Source: Spirochaetaceae bacterium UBA6076 | GTDB taxonomy: Bacteria > Spirochaetota > Spirochaetia > Treponematales > Rectinemataceae | Assembly (NCBI GenBank): GCA_002428725.1 | Contig: DIXQ01000021.1 | Location: forward strand, 27,097-91,096 | Reading direction: 5' to 3' | Length of the DNA: 64,000 nucleotides | In this document: piece by piece, positions 18,097 through 28,000 of the stretch | Numbering within the stretch: the first letter of the stretch is position 1 | Layout of the letters: each line of letters begins with the position of its first letter | The notes under the pieces: model-generated | The model's database searches: none | The model's input: only the letters and a program-made list of their open reading frames with translations | What the model was told of the DNA's origin: nothing | Translations under genes and position numbers: made by a program

Positions 18097-19716
18097 ATGG
18101 GAAAAAAAGAAAAAATTTCGAGCGCAACCTCGGGGAAATTATTAAAGCCGAGAAGGGCGGCTACCTCCGAAAAATCAAAAATGCTTGGAAAATCGCCAAC
18201 ACCTAAACCATCTGGGGCCTTGGGCAAAGCAGCGAAATTGCGCAAAGCTACAAATCCGGACAAATCCTCAGTATCCCAACCAAGAGCGAAGACCCAAATA
18301 GCAGTGGCGACTCGAACATCAGAGGAGCAAGAAAGTTCAGTGGAGCTTGAACAGAACCTCTTGCGCTATGAAAATCTTCCTCTGGTAGCACTGGTGGGCA
18401 GACCGAATGTGGGAAAATCGACGCTCTTCAACAGGCTGCTGCATAAACGAAGGGCAATCACCGACCCGCGACCGGGTGTTACCCGGGATCCCATCGAAGC
18501 CGAGTTCTTGTTGCCCGATGGGAAATCCCGTTGCAGGCTGGTGGATACGGGAGGATTTAAATTGGAGCGAGAAGGCTTGGACGACCTCGTGGTTGCCCGC
18601 AGCCTTTCGATACTGTCCAAGGCTGACCTCCTATTATTTATAGTCGACGCTATGGACATATCCCCCGAGGACGAGGAATTTGCCGCCCTGCTCCGCCCGA
18701 TGAGTCAGCGCCTAGTGCTGGTGGTGAATAAGGCCGATTCACCGGACCGAGACAATCTGGCATGGTCCCATATTCGCTGGGGCTACGATAATATGGTTTT
18801 CATTTCCGCCGAGCACAATCGAAATATCGACCAATTAATTGAAAAAATAGGCAAACAGCTTGATTTTTCCAAAGTCAGGGCCGTAGACGTTGAACGGGCT
18901 GATATTCGCATCGCGATCATGGGAAAACCCAATACAGGAAAATCGAGTCTTCTTAATATCCTTTTAGGTGAAGAGCGAAGTATCGTGAGCGATATTCCCG
19001 GCACGACACGAGACGTGGTTGAGGGGCGATTTACCTGGAAGGGCAGGGGGATTGTCATTCTGGACACCGCTGGCATACGGCGTAAAAAGAAGGTGCAGGA
19101 TGATGTGGAGTATTACTCAGTCACCCGTTCTATCGCCGTGGTAAGCCAGGCGGACATAGTGATTCTCATGGTCGACGCTCAGGAAGGATTAACCGAACAG
19201 GATAAAAAGATTGCAGCCTTTGCCGTGGACGAAGGCAGGGGTGTAATTTTTGCCTTGAGCAAGTGGGATCTCATGCCCGAGATTAAAAATACCTTTGAAG
19301 CTTCCAGGGACAAGCTTAGATTCTTTTTCGGTCAAATGTCCTACGCCCCGGTGGTGGCCGTATCGGCCAAGGAGGGCAGTGGCTTGGACAAGCTCATGAA
19401 CACGGTGATTTCAATCCATGCCATGCTTAACCGAAAAATCGAAACATCCCGACTTAATAAAGCTATCTCCTTATGGGTAGAGACCAATCCACCCCCGGTC
19501 GGTCCAAGTACAAGATTTAAGCTGCGATACGCGGTGCAAACCTCGGTCAATCCTCAAAAATTCACAGTGTTCGTCACCAAGCCCGAAGTCGTTCCCGACT
19601 CCTACATTTCATTTTTAAAAAATAAGATGCGCAAAGAATTCGGCTTGGATGGGATACCACTGAGCCTGGAGCTCAGGGCATCTCGGAAAGACTGGAACTC
19701 CAGGAAGAAACCATGA
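18097..19716 (+). CDS. der: Ribosome-associated GTPase Der/EngA with a ~95-aa basic N-terminal extension
   Basis: Two G domains are present (GRPNVGKSTLFNRL...DTGG...NKAD and GKPNTGKSSLLN...DTAG...SKWD), followed by a KH-like C-terminus. Whether the extension is real depends on the start codon, and no closer ATG/GTG with an RBS was seen. Confidence 0.85.
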   Translation: MGKKEKISSATSGKLLKPRRAATSEKSKMLGKSPTPKPSGALGKAAKLRKATNPDKSSVSQPRAKTQIAVATRTSEEQESSVELEQNLLRYENLPLVALVGRPNVGKSTLFNRLLHKRRAITDPRPGVTRDPIEAEFLLPDGKSRCRLVDTGGFKLEREGLDDLVVARSLSILSKADLLLFIVDAMDISPEDEEFAALLRPMSQRLVLVVNKADSPDRDNLAWSHIRWGYDNMVFISAEHNRNIDQLIEKIGKQLDFSKVRAVDVERADIRIAIMGKPNTGKSSLLNILLGEERSIVSDIPGTTRDVVEGRFTWKGRGIVILDTAGIRRKKKVQDDVEYYSVTRSIAVVSQADIVILMVDAQEGLTEQDKKIAAFAVDEGRGVIFALSKWDLMPEIKNTFEASRDKLRFFFGQMSYAPVVAVSAKEGSGLDKLMNTVISIHAMLNRKIETSRLNKAISLWVETNPPPVGPSTRFKLRYAVQTSVNPQKFTVFVTKPEVVPDSYISFLKNKMRKEFGLDGIPLSLELRASRKDWNSRKKP

Positions 19717-20033
19717 AATCCTACAGTACCGGCGAAGTCGAAACCCTGCTGGGCCTTCCAGCCTCGACGCTGAGGTTCTGGGAAAAGGAAGTGCCGTTTT
19801 TAGCGCCCCGAAAAGACCTTTTCGGCAGACGAGCTTATTCACCCTTGGATCTCTGTGTGCTAGCCAGGTTGAAACGACTAGCCTTGGCACGTGGTTTGGG
19901 GCTTTCTGCTGCCTGCCGGGCTATGGAGGAAGAAATCACCAAGGGGGATCCATCGCTCAAGGCCGAGATAATGGAATTGCGAACCATGATTTTTTCTCTT
20001 TTCAACGACCTGAGAGAATTGCAAAAACAGTAA
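19713..20033 (+). CDS. MerR-family HTH transcriptional regulator
   Basis: The sequence YSTGEVETLLGLPASTLRFWEKEVPFLAPRKDLFGRRAYSPLDL is MerR-like. There is an ATGA start/stop overlap with der (19713-19716). Confidence 0.7.
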   Translation: MKSYSTGEVETLLGLPASTLRFWEKEVPFLAPRKDLFGRRAYSPLDLCVLARLKRLALARGLGLSAACRAMEEEITKGDPSLKAEIMELRTMIFSLFNDLRELQKQ

Positions 20034-20082
20034 ACCTTTAGTAGTGAATGCAGGGAAGAGAAACCAGAAGGAATCCGTTGCC

Positions 20083-21405
20083 ATGAGCGACCAGATCAAG
20101 AATTTATGTGAGTTTATCGATGCCTCCCCGACACCCTATCATGCTGTGGAGAACCTAGCGGCATTTTTTACTGCCAGGGGGGCGCAGGAGCTAAAAGAGG
20201 AGGACCTCTGGGCGCTAGAGCCAGGAGCGACCTACTTCGTAAGTAGGGGCGGAACAGCATTAGCCGCTTTTCGTCCCGGATTCCATCCGCCCAGCCGTTC
20301 CGGTTTTCTTTTAGCTGGAGCCCATACCGACAGCCCTTGCCTCAAACTCAGACCGGGTGCCGAGCTTGTGGATCGTTCAATGTTGAGACTTGCTGTCGAA
20401 GTCTATGGCTCGGCGATCTTGTCGGGATGGTTAGACCGGCCTCTTGGCTTGGCTGGTCAGCTCATCGTTAAAGACGAGCATACATGCAAGGCTTATCTAT
20501 ATACCGCAAGTGAGGTTATGGGCGTCATCCCCGGTTTGGCTATTCACTTGGATAGGGAACTCAATAAGGGCATGGAGCTTAAAGCCAATCTGCACTTGCC
20601 GGTCTTTGTCGATATTCTGGGTACAGAGGGTTCTTCTTCGGAACCAGATCGCTGGCTAGCTTCAAAACTCGCGAAAGAATTGGGCTTGCGGGAAGACAGT
20701 ATTCTAAGCATGGACCTATGCTTTTATGACCCTCAAAAAGCCGTCCTCTTTGGCAAAGCTGGGGATAGTGCTTTGGTCAATGCACCACGACTCGACAATC
20801 TCGCTGGATGCAATGCGGTTAGTCAAGCGTTTTACGAAGCTAAACCAGGGCTTGCCACGCAGATTGCTTGCTTTATGGATGCTGAGGAAATTGGATCGAG
20901 AAGCCCACAAGGCGCCGATTCCAACTTTCTTAGGGATCTGCTAGTCCGGATCAATCTAGGTCTCAAGGGATCTTCAGAGGATTTTTATAGAGCTGGCAAC
21001 CACTCGCTCTGCGTGTCGGTGGATGCGGCGCAGGCGTGGAATCCAGCCTACGCGGACAAATACGACTCCCGATTCTCACCTAAGTTAGGATTCGGTCCTG
21101 CGCTAAAACTCAATGCTTCACGGCGCTATGCCACCGATAGCGTTACCGAGGCTCTCTTCAATCGTCTTTGCGATGAGGCCAAGATCCCCTGGCAAAAATA
21201 CATGGCCAGGGCAGATAGCCAGCCGGGCAGTACCATTGGACCGATTACAGCGGCCAGACTCGGATTCCGCTGCATGGATATCGGTCACCCCATGCTATCG
21301 ATGCATGCTGCGAGAGAAACCATCCATGGCGCGGATCATCGGGCGATTTGCTCGGTTTTAAGAAATTTTTATGAACTGGCTACTGAAAATATGAAGCTTT
21401 CCTAA
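20083..21405 (+). CDS. M18 family (aspartyl) aminopeptidase
   Basis: The sequence FIDASPTPYHAV...AGAHTDSPCLKLRP is typical of M18. I moved the start from GTG 20044 to ATG 20083 (MSDQIKNL). Confidence 0.8.
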   Translation: MSDQIKNLCEFIDASPTPYHAVENLAAFFTARGAQELKEEDLWALEPGATYFVSRGGTALAAFRPGFHPPSRSGFLLAGAHTDSPCLKLRPGAELVDRSMLRLAVEVYGSAILSGWLDRPLGLAGQLIVKDEHTCKAYLYTASEVMGVIPGLAIHLDRELNKGMELKANLHLPVFVDILGTEGSSSEPDRWLASKLAKELGLREDSILSMDLCFYDPQKAVLFGKAGDSALVNAPRLDNLAGCNAVSQAFYEAKPGLATQIACFMDAEEIGSRSPQGADSNFLRDLLVRINLGLKGSSEDFYRAGNHSLCVSVDAAQAWNPAYADKYDSRFSPKLGFGPALKLNASRRYATDSVTEALFNRLCDEAKIPWQKYMARADSQPGSTIGPITAARLGFRCMDIGHPMLSMHAARETIHGADHRAICSVLRNFYELATENMKLS

Positions 21406-21454
21406 TCCTTTTTGTTTTAAATGGCCATGCTGAACAGCTACAACGAATAAAAAA

Positions 21455-21480
21455 GGCCTGCCGCATTAAAGCGGCAGGCC
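21455..21480 (-). terminator. Rho-independent terminator shared by convergent genes (better on the minus strand)
   Basis: GGCCTGCCGC attaaa GCGGCAGGCC forms a 10-bp perfect stem. On the minus strand it is followed by TTTTTTATT. Confidence 0.65.
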
Positions 21481-21523
21481 TTCTAGCAACCGGAGGCTCA
21501 AGACCTTTCCGGGCTAGGGTTAC

Positions 21524-24500
21524 TTACTTTTTTGGAAGCGGGTTGTACGTCTTCTTGGGATCCCATGTGCCGGAGCGGGTTTCGCCCATTACGGCGGGGA
21601 CGTTTAAGACCTGATCGGGGAAGATCAAATCGGGGTTAGAGGGGTCCCTGAAGGTTTTCTTGTTTGCTTCGTACAGAACCGGCCACTTGAGCGGGTTGTT
21701 GTAGATAAAGGGATACTCGGCGATTCTCCACAGACAATCCCTTCGTTCGGGGATCAAGCGCACGATATAGACCGCGGGCAGGTCAGCGAAAGCTTTGATG
21801 CTGGAGAGGGACTTCATGGCTTCCTTGGCCAATGCCGAGGCGTCGATAAATTTACCTTCGCCGTAAGCCTGCTTGGCCTTGGTCAGATCGGCCCCACCCT
21901 TGGCAAAGAGCTCGGGATAGTTGTTCTCGGCATTGTTGTCCCTGGCCCAATCATAACGGGACTGAGCGTTATCTATCTCGAGATAGGCGCTATCCTTCGC
22001 GGCATCGTTGGCATCTTCGACCTTCTTGGCATCTTCGACCTTTTTTGCTTCCTCTTTGGCCGCTTCGATGGCCTCGGGGGTTCTGCTGGTAAGCACCTTA
22101 TTCATGAACTCATCGGAGAGTATGGAGGATACTTCCTTGGCCAGTGTCGTGGCGGGGGCGTAGCGCTCGTTGGCATAAGCCAGCTCGGCGCCTTCCATGG
22201 CTGCGGAAGCTTCGTTGTACTCGGTGGGATAATCCTTGGAGATCTCGTTGTTCTCGGCCCAGGCTATTCTGGTCATGGCGTCGCCCATGGCGACATCGGC
22301 CTCGGCCTTGGCAACCTCAGCCGCAGCCGCTGCCTCGCGTTCGGCCAATACACTGGCCATAAACTCGTCCGAGAGTATGGTTGACACTTCCTTGGCCAGT
22401 GTCGTGGCGGGGGCGTAGCGCTCGTTGGCATAGGCCAGCTCGGCGCCCTCCATGGCTGCGGAAGCCTCGTTATACTCGGTGGGATACTCTTCGGCGATTG
22501 CGTTGTTCTCGGCCCAGGCCATTCTGGTCTTAGCATTGTCCATGGCGACATCGGCCTCGGCTTTGGCTGCTGCTGCCGCGGCGGCGGCCTCGCGGTCGCT
22601 CGCAACCTGTGCCATGAAGTCATCGGAAAGTATGGAAGAGACTTCTTCGGCCTTGGTGGTAGCCATGGGATACTCTGCATTACCAAAGGCGTTGAAAGAG
22701 GCGACCATGGCGGTGGAAGCGGCGCCGTACTCCTCGGGGTACTCATCCTTAACGCCGTTTTCGTTAGCCCAGCCCATCCTATTCTGGGCATCAGCCATCG
22801 CGGCTTCGGCTTCGGCTTTTTCAGCAGCTAATTTTTCAGCTTCTCCACGATCGGCCAGCACCTTCTGCATAAACTCGTCCGAGAGCACAGAAGAGACTTC
22901 ATTTGCAAGCTCGGTGGCGGGCAGGTAGCGCTCATTGGCATAGGCCAGCTCGGCGCCCTCCATGGCTGCGGCGGCTTCGTTATACTGGCTGGGATACTCC
23001 TCGGCAATCTCGTTGTTCTCGGCCCAAGCCATTCTGGTCTTGGCATCACCGATGGCGCTTTCAGCGCCTTCTTTTTCCGCGGCTAAACGTGCCGCTTCTT
23101 CGCGTTCTGCCAGCACATGGGCTTGGAAGTCATCGGAGAGCACTGAAGATACTTCAGCGGCAAGCTCGGCGGCGGGGAGGTAGCGCTCGTTGGCATAGGC
23201 CAACTCGGCGCCCTCCATGGCGGCGGCGGCTTCGTTATACTGGCTGGGATACTCCTTGGCGATCTCGTTGTTCTCGGCCCAAGCCATTCTGGTCTGGGCG
23301 TCGCCAATGGCGGCATCAGCTTTTGCCTTTTCGGCAGCGATGGCTTCCTGCTTGGAGATCTCGCCGTCTAGGAATCGTTCGGACATGCCGGCGTAGTTTT
23401 TCGCCTCGTTAGCATTGAAGGTGGAATCGGCGAAAACAGCGTTTTCACTCTGAATTTCCGCCCTGGCAAGGTAATACTCTGCTTCGGGCAGGTAGACGCT
23501 GTCCTCGACGCCCGCGGCGAGTTCTTTTTTCTGGGCTGCTGCTACGGCTTCCCTGGCAGATGCCAAGGCTGCCTCGTTTTCGGTCTTCATGTCAGCCGAG
23601 GCTTCAGCGGCGTCGTTGTATGCGGCTTCGGCATCGGCAAACCAAAGGTATGCACTTTCGAAGTTGCCGGCTTCATGATTGGCTAGCGCTTCGTTCATGA
23701 TGTCTGTGGCGGAAGAGTACTGATCTGGTACATTTCTGTCGGCTCCCAGCTCCAGAGCGGCTTCCTGGGCTGCTAGGGCTGATTCCTTGGCTTCCAGAGC
23801 TTTTCCCTCGGCACCGGAGGAGACAACGTACCCATAGTAGGCGTTGGCATCCCTGAGCGTATTCGCCCCAGCCTTGAGGTCGGCCAGTGCGCCGGCGGCC
23901 CAGAGCTCTTCTTCGGCGTAGTATTTCTGTTCACCTGCCACAAAGAAATTCTCTGCGTACTTGGCATAGTCCTTGTCGGAAATAGCGGACCTCAGTTCGT
24001 TAGCCTTGGCCTTTTCTGCGGCCACGTCGAATGCCGCCGCAGCCTGCTGATAGGCGGGAATGGCCATAGTGTAGGAACCCTTTTCATCCAAGGCGTCCGC
24101 ATCGGCTAGGAGGGACTCGGCGCCTTCATAGCGATCAGCGGCTAGCTCACGAGCCCCAGCCGAGACCGCCGCCAGCTTAAGCCCCGCAGCTTTTTCGCTT
24201 TCCTCGTCAGCCCGCATGGGCAGACCCTCGGCGAGCAGTTTCTCCCAGGAAGCGACGGAATTTTCCAGCTTTTCTTTGAGCGGGAAGGCTTTGACGCCAT
24301 CGTAGCCTACCTGGTCCATAATTCCATCATACTCGGCCTTTACGGCGATAAAATCGGAATTGACCTTGGCGTAATCGTCGGGAAGGACCTTGTCGACTCC
24401 GTACGCGACCGCTTCATTCTTTAGCGCGTTGGCCTGTCCGAAGAGGTTGCGCAGTTCTATTTCCGAAACCGAGGGTTGTTCGACAACCACAGGTTTTTCA

Positions 24501-24676
24501 CCCGTCTCGGAACCCGGGGGAGTTACCGGCTCAGGAACCGGAGCAGGCACTGTTGTAGTCGTTGTCGGTTCGGGAGGCGGTTCGTTTGTTGGTATCTCTT
24601 TCTTCGTCGCACATGAGGCGAATGTCATCACGAGCATCGCCATGAGAGCGACGAAAAGTTTGGAGCCTTTATGCAT
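21524..24676 (-). CDS. Large repetitive lipoprotein with C-terminal LysM peptidoglycan-binding domain
   Basis: Lipobox in MAMLVMTFASC, followed by a Pro/Thr-rich linker. The body is Ala/Glu-rich and helical, with five near-identical 85-aa units (..TRMAWAENNEIA.EYP..YNEA.AAMEGAELAYANERY.PA..LA.EVS..LSD.F). The C-terminus YIVRLIPERRDCLWRIAEYPFIYNNPLKWPVLYEANKKTFRDPSNPDLIFPDQVLNVP is LysM-like. Confidence 0.7.
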   Translation of the reverse strand: MHKGSKLFVALMAMLVMTFASCATKKEIPTNEPPPEPTTTTTVPAPVPEPVTPPGSETGEKPVVVEQPSVSEIELRNLFGQANALKNEAVAYGVDKVLPDDYAKVNSDFIAVKAEYDGIMDQVGYDGVKAFPLKEKLENSVASWEKLLAEGLPMRADEESEKAAGLKLAAVSAGARELAADRYEGAESLLADADALDEKGSYTMAIPAYQQAAAAFDVAAEKAKANELRSAISDKDYAKYAENFFVAGEQKYYAEEELWAAGALADLKAGANTLRDANAYYGYVVSSGAEGKALEAKESALAAQEAALELGADRNVPDQYSSATDIMNEALANHEAGNFESAYLWFADAEAAYNDAAEASADMKTENEAALASAREAVAAAQKKELAAGVEDSVYLPEAEYYLARAEIQSENAVFADSTFNANEAKNYAGMSERFLDGEISKQEAIAAEKAKADAAIGDAQTRMAWAENNEIAKEYPSQYNEAAAAMEGAELAYANERYLPAAELAAEVSSVLSDDFQAHVLAEREEAARLAAEKEGAESAIGDAKTRMAWAENNEIAEEYPSQYNEAAAAMEGAELAYANERYLPATELANEVSSVLSDEFMQKVLADRGEAEKLAAEKAEAEAAMADAQNRMGWANENGVKDEYPEEYGAASTAMVASFNAFGNAEYPMATTKAEEVSSILSDDFMAQVASDREAAAAAAAAKAEADVAMDNAKTRMAWAENNAIAEEYPTEYNEASAAMEGAELAYANERYAPATTLAKEVSTILSDEFMASVLAEREAAAAAEVAKAEADVAMGDAMTRIAWAENNEISKDYPTEYNEASAAMEGAELAYANERYAPATTLAKEVSSILSDEFMNKVLTSRTPEAIEAAKEEAKKVEDAKKVEDANDAAKDSAYLEIDNAQSRYDWARDNNAENNYPELFAKGGADLTKAKQAYGEGKFIDASALAKEAMKSLSSIKAFADLPAVYIVRLIPERRDCLWRIAEYPFIYNNPLKWPVLYEANKKTFRDPSNPDLIFPDQVLNVPAVMGETRSGTWDPKKTYNPLPKK
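22037..23311 (-). repeat. Five in-frame tandem repeats of 255 bp (85 aa) inside the lipoprotein gene, flanked by degenerate copies
   Basis: The period was read from recurring blocks. For example, CCAGTGTCGTGGCGGGGGCGTAGCGCTCGTTGGCATA occurs at 22141 and 22396. GGTAGCGCTC(A/G)TTGGCATAGGCCA(G/A)CTCGGCGCCCTCCATGGC occurs near 22924 and 23179. Confidence 0.85.
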
Positions 24677-25018
24677 ACAAATCCTCCTGCGAAATTGAGT
24701 TTAATAATCCAACGCAGTACTTTTTCCTATGATAAACTGTAAAAGTTGCCTAGTCCACCTATTTTTTGCGAAAATTTCCATAAAACCACGTTGTAACCAT
24801 TAACTTCTCGGCCTTTGTCCATAGCTCAAAGCAACATGATCAACGCTGGTTTTAGGTTTTTTCGCAAAGCCTTCAGAAAAATATATCGCGTGTTATTGAT
24901 ATCAACAGCGCCGGAAAGAGCAATCTTAATGTTTTTCCATAGTTTTCGACAAAATTAATGCTCGCTATTGCTTATGCTTGGTTGCTATTAAGGGCGATAT
25001 TCCTATCCTAAATAAAAT

Positions 25019-25051
25019 GCCGCGGTCTGAACCCATTGGGAAGACCGCGGC
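25019..25051 (-). terminator. Hairpin terminator downstream of ileS
   Basis: GCCGCGGTCT...AGACCGCGGC forms a 10-bp stem. On the minus strand it is followed by ATTTTATTT. Confidence 0.5.
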
Positions 25052-25084
25052 TTCTACAATAAAAAGCAGTTTCAGCCTGCTAGA

Positions 25085-28000
25085 TTACGCTTTTTGCAGC
25101 GACGCAAGCCAGGTTTTCTCCCCGGCTTCGATGTTTGTGGCTGCTTCCATGAGAGCGAAGGTCCATTCGATCTTGGATGCCAGGGTCTCGCCAGCGATGA
25201 GCTCGCCGAACTCTTCGTATGCCGCCTTAAGGTCAGCGTCACCGCCCAGTACAAGGCTGATGCGATCGGTCACTTCCAGACCCGACTCCTTACGCAGATT
25301 CTGCACGCCTCGAATAAGGTCCCGTACATACCCTTCCCGTAAAAGCTCGGGGCTGACAATCGTATCCAGGGCTAGGGTGAGGGTTCCCTCGTTGAGAACC
25401 TTTAAGCCCGGCTTTTCGGTGCGCCGCACTTCCACCTTGTCCTTGTCCAGCACCAGGCTGCGGCCGGCTACTTCTACTGTGACGCTTCCGCCATCCACCA
25501 TTCTGGCAATCTGATGAGGCTCGAGGGCTTCAATGGCTGCTGCGGCGGTTTTCATATCCTTGCCCAGTTCCTTGCCCAGGACACGGAAATTGGCTTTGGC
25601 CGAGTACTCCACCAGATCTTCCTCGTTTTCTCTGAAGAGGACGGATTTTACGTTGAGCTCTTCCCTGAGAATATCCTCCATGGCCGAAAGCACAGCCCGT
25701 TCCTCGGCGACCTTAGTAACCAGCATCACCGAGCCCAGGGGCTGACGGGTTTTGAGATCGTTGGCTACCCGCAGAGCCCTGCCCATGGACACCGCATGAC
25801 GCACCGAGTCCATGTCCCGTTCCAGCTCAAGATTGCGGAATCGGGCATCGTATACAGGCCAGTCGCAGAGATGGACCGACTCGGGCTCGCCCTCCTGCTT
25901 AAGATTCTGGTAGATATTCTCTGTGATAAAGGGAATAAAAGGCGCCGCGATCAGGATGAGCTTGCGAAGTACCCGGTGCAGACAATCGTAGGCCTGGGCC
26001 TTGTCCTGGTCGTTTTCCGACTTCCAGAAGCGCCGCCTGGAGCGTCGTATGTACCAGTTGTTCAGGCTGTCGATGAAGTCCACGATGGGTTCGATGCCGC
26101 TCTGCATCTCGTATGCGTCTAGGCCGGCGGTCACCTTCTCGATCATGCGCTCGCATACCGAGAGAATCCACTTGTCCAATGGATTCGAAATGGATGCGGG
26201 GTCTGGCTCGCCGGGCTGCACCCCATCGATGTTGGCGTAGGTGACGAAGAATCCGTAGGCGTTCCAGAGGGGAATGATGATGCTTTTAAGCACATCTTTT
26301 ACCCCCTCGTCGGAGTAACGAAGGTCCTCGCCCCGGGAGACGGCGGAGTTCATCAAAAAAAGCCTCAGGGCATCAGCCCCGAAGTTGTTCACCACTGCTA
26401 CCGGGTCGGTGTAGTTGCGCAGGGACTTGGACATTTTCTTGCCATCTTCGGCCAGGACAAGTCCTGAGCAGATGCATGCGTCGTAGGCCTGGCTTTCGAA
26501 GAGGGCGGCGGCCAGGACGGTAAGGGAATAAAACCATCCCCTGGTCTGATCCAAGCCTTCGTTGATAAAGTCGGCGGGGAAATGATCGCTGAAGTCTTCC
26601 TTGTGCTCGAAAGGATAATGAATCTGTGCGTAGGGCATGGCGCCGGACTCGAACCAGCAGTCTAAAACCTCGGGGATCCGATTCATGGTGCCCCCGCATT
26701 CGCAGGGGAAGCTCACCTTGTCCACGAAGTGCTTGTGCAAGTCTTTGACATCTACCCCCGAACGCTCCCTGAGCTCGGCCCGGGAACCGATGCAGACTGT
26801 CTTACCGCAGGATTCGCATCGCCAAATGGGCAGGGGATTACCCCAGTAGCGGTTGCGGCTTATGGCCCAGTCCCTGGCTCCCTCCAGCCATTTGCCGAAG
26901 CGACCGTCCCTGATATGGGCGGGTACCCAGAGGACTTTCTTATTGCAGTTTACCATGTGGGGCTTTATGGGATCAATTTTGACAAACCAGGAGCTTACAG
27001 CCCGGTAGATAAGGGGGCTGGAGCAACGCCAGCAATGGGGATAGGCATGGAAGACCTGCTCGCGCTTGACCAGCTTGCCCTCTGCCTTAAGACGCTCCAT
27101 GATTGCCTTGTCGCTGTCCTTGACGAATTGGCCCTTATAATCGCTCACTTCTTCGGTAAATTTGCATTCCGCATCCACCGGGCATACGGTGGGAATACCG
27201 GTGCCCTTGAGCACCTGATAGTCGTCCTCGCCAAAACCCGGAGCTGTATGCACGATGCCCGTACCGTCTTCGGTGGAAACATAGTCACCCAAGACCGTGA
27301 CGAAGGCTCCCTGGTCGTGGAGGGACGCAAAATAGGGAAAAAGGGGTTCGTAGCGTACACCTGCCAGTTCTTTGCCCTTCTTTTTCCAGGCGATGGAGAG
27401 AGTTTCCGGATTCTTGTAATACGCCGAAAGCCTGGACTCTGCCAGGATATAGCGCTCGTTGCCGTCCACCACGCAGACGTAGTCGATTTCGGGGCCTAAT
27501 GCCAGTGCTAGGTTGGAGGGCAGGGTCCAGGGGGTGGTGGTCCAGGCGATAAGGTAGCTGGAGCCGTCCGCCAGATCGCCAAGAGCATTGGGCGCTTCGG
27601 TGATCTTGAAGCGGATTGTAATTGCCGGGTCGTGGACATCCTTGTAACCGCCCAGGGAGAGCTCGTGGGTTGAGAGGACTGTGGAGCAGCGGGGGCAGTA
27701 GGGAAGGATATAATGACCCTCGTAGATCAGGCCCTTGTTCCAGAGCTCCTTCATGATCCACCAAATGGATTCCATGTAGTCCGGTTCCATGGTCTTGTAA
27801 TCGTTGTCGAAATCTACCCAGCGGCCCAGGCGGGTGACAATGGTCCGCCATTCGTTGACATAGCGGAGCACCGAAGCCCTGCAGGCCTCGTTGAATTCGG
27901 CGACGCCGAATTTCTCTATATCGGTCTTGGAGTTGAGGCCAAGCTTTTTCTCGATGAGGTTTTCCACAGGAAGGCCATGGCAGTCCCAGCCGAAGCGACG

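Noticed and set aside
22037-23311. Possibility that the tandem repeats are a CRISPR array
   Set aside because: The period is 255 bp with no short repeat/unique-spacer alternation. The repeats are in frame within one ORF, and no cas genes are present in the window.
22144-23412. Several long ORFs on both strands inside the repeat region (for example 22273-22791, 22452-22928 and 22903-23412), encoding Pro/Arg/Trp-rich or Ala/Ser-rich peptides
   Set aside because: They are alternative-frame or antisense readings of the 255-bp repeats of the lipoprotein gene. They inherit their length from the repeat periodicity. They have no signal sequences or motifs, and they fully overlap a CDS with clear domain logic.
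24896-24905. Perfect 10-bp palindrome TTGATATCAA in the long region upstream of the lipoprotein gene
   Set aside because: It is an isolated short AT-rich palindrome (it contains an EcoRV site) about 220 nt from the start codon. It has no second copy and no nearby regulator gene, so it is not distinguishable from chance.
26641-26656. tRNA T-arm-like string GGACTCGAACC
   Set aside because: It lies inside the ileS coding sequence. There are no flanking acceptor or anticodon stems, so it is a chance match.
25514-27499. Plus-strand ORFs of 202 and 256 aa opposite ileS
   Set aside because: They are antisense to an essential gene with intact HIGH and KMSKS motifs. No motifs were recognised.
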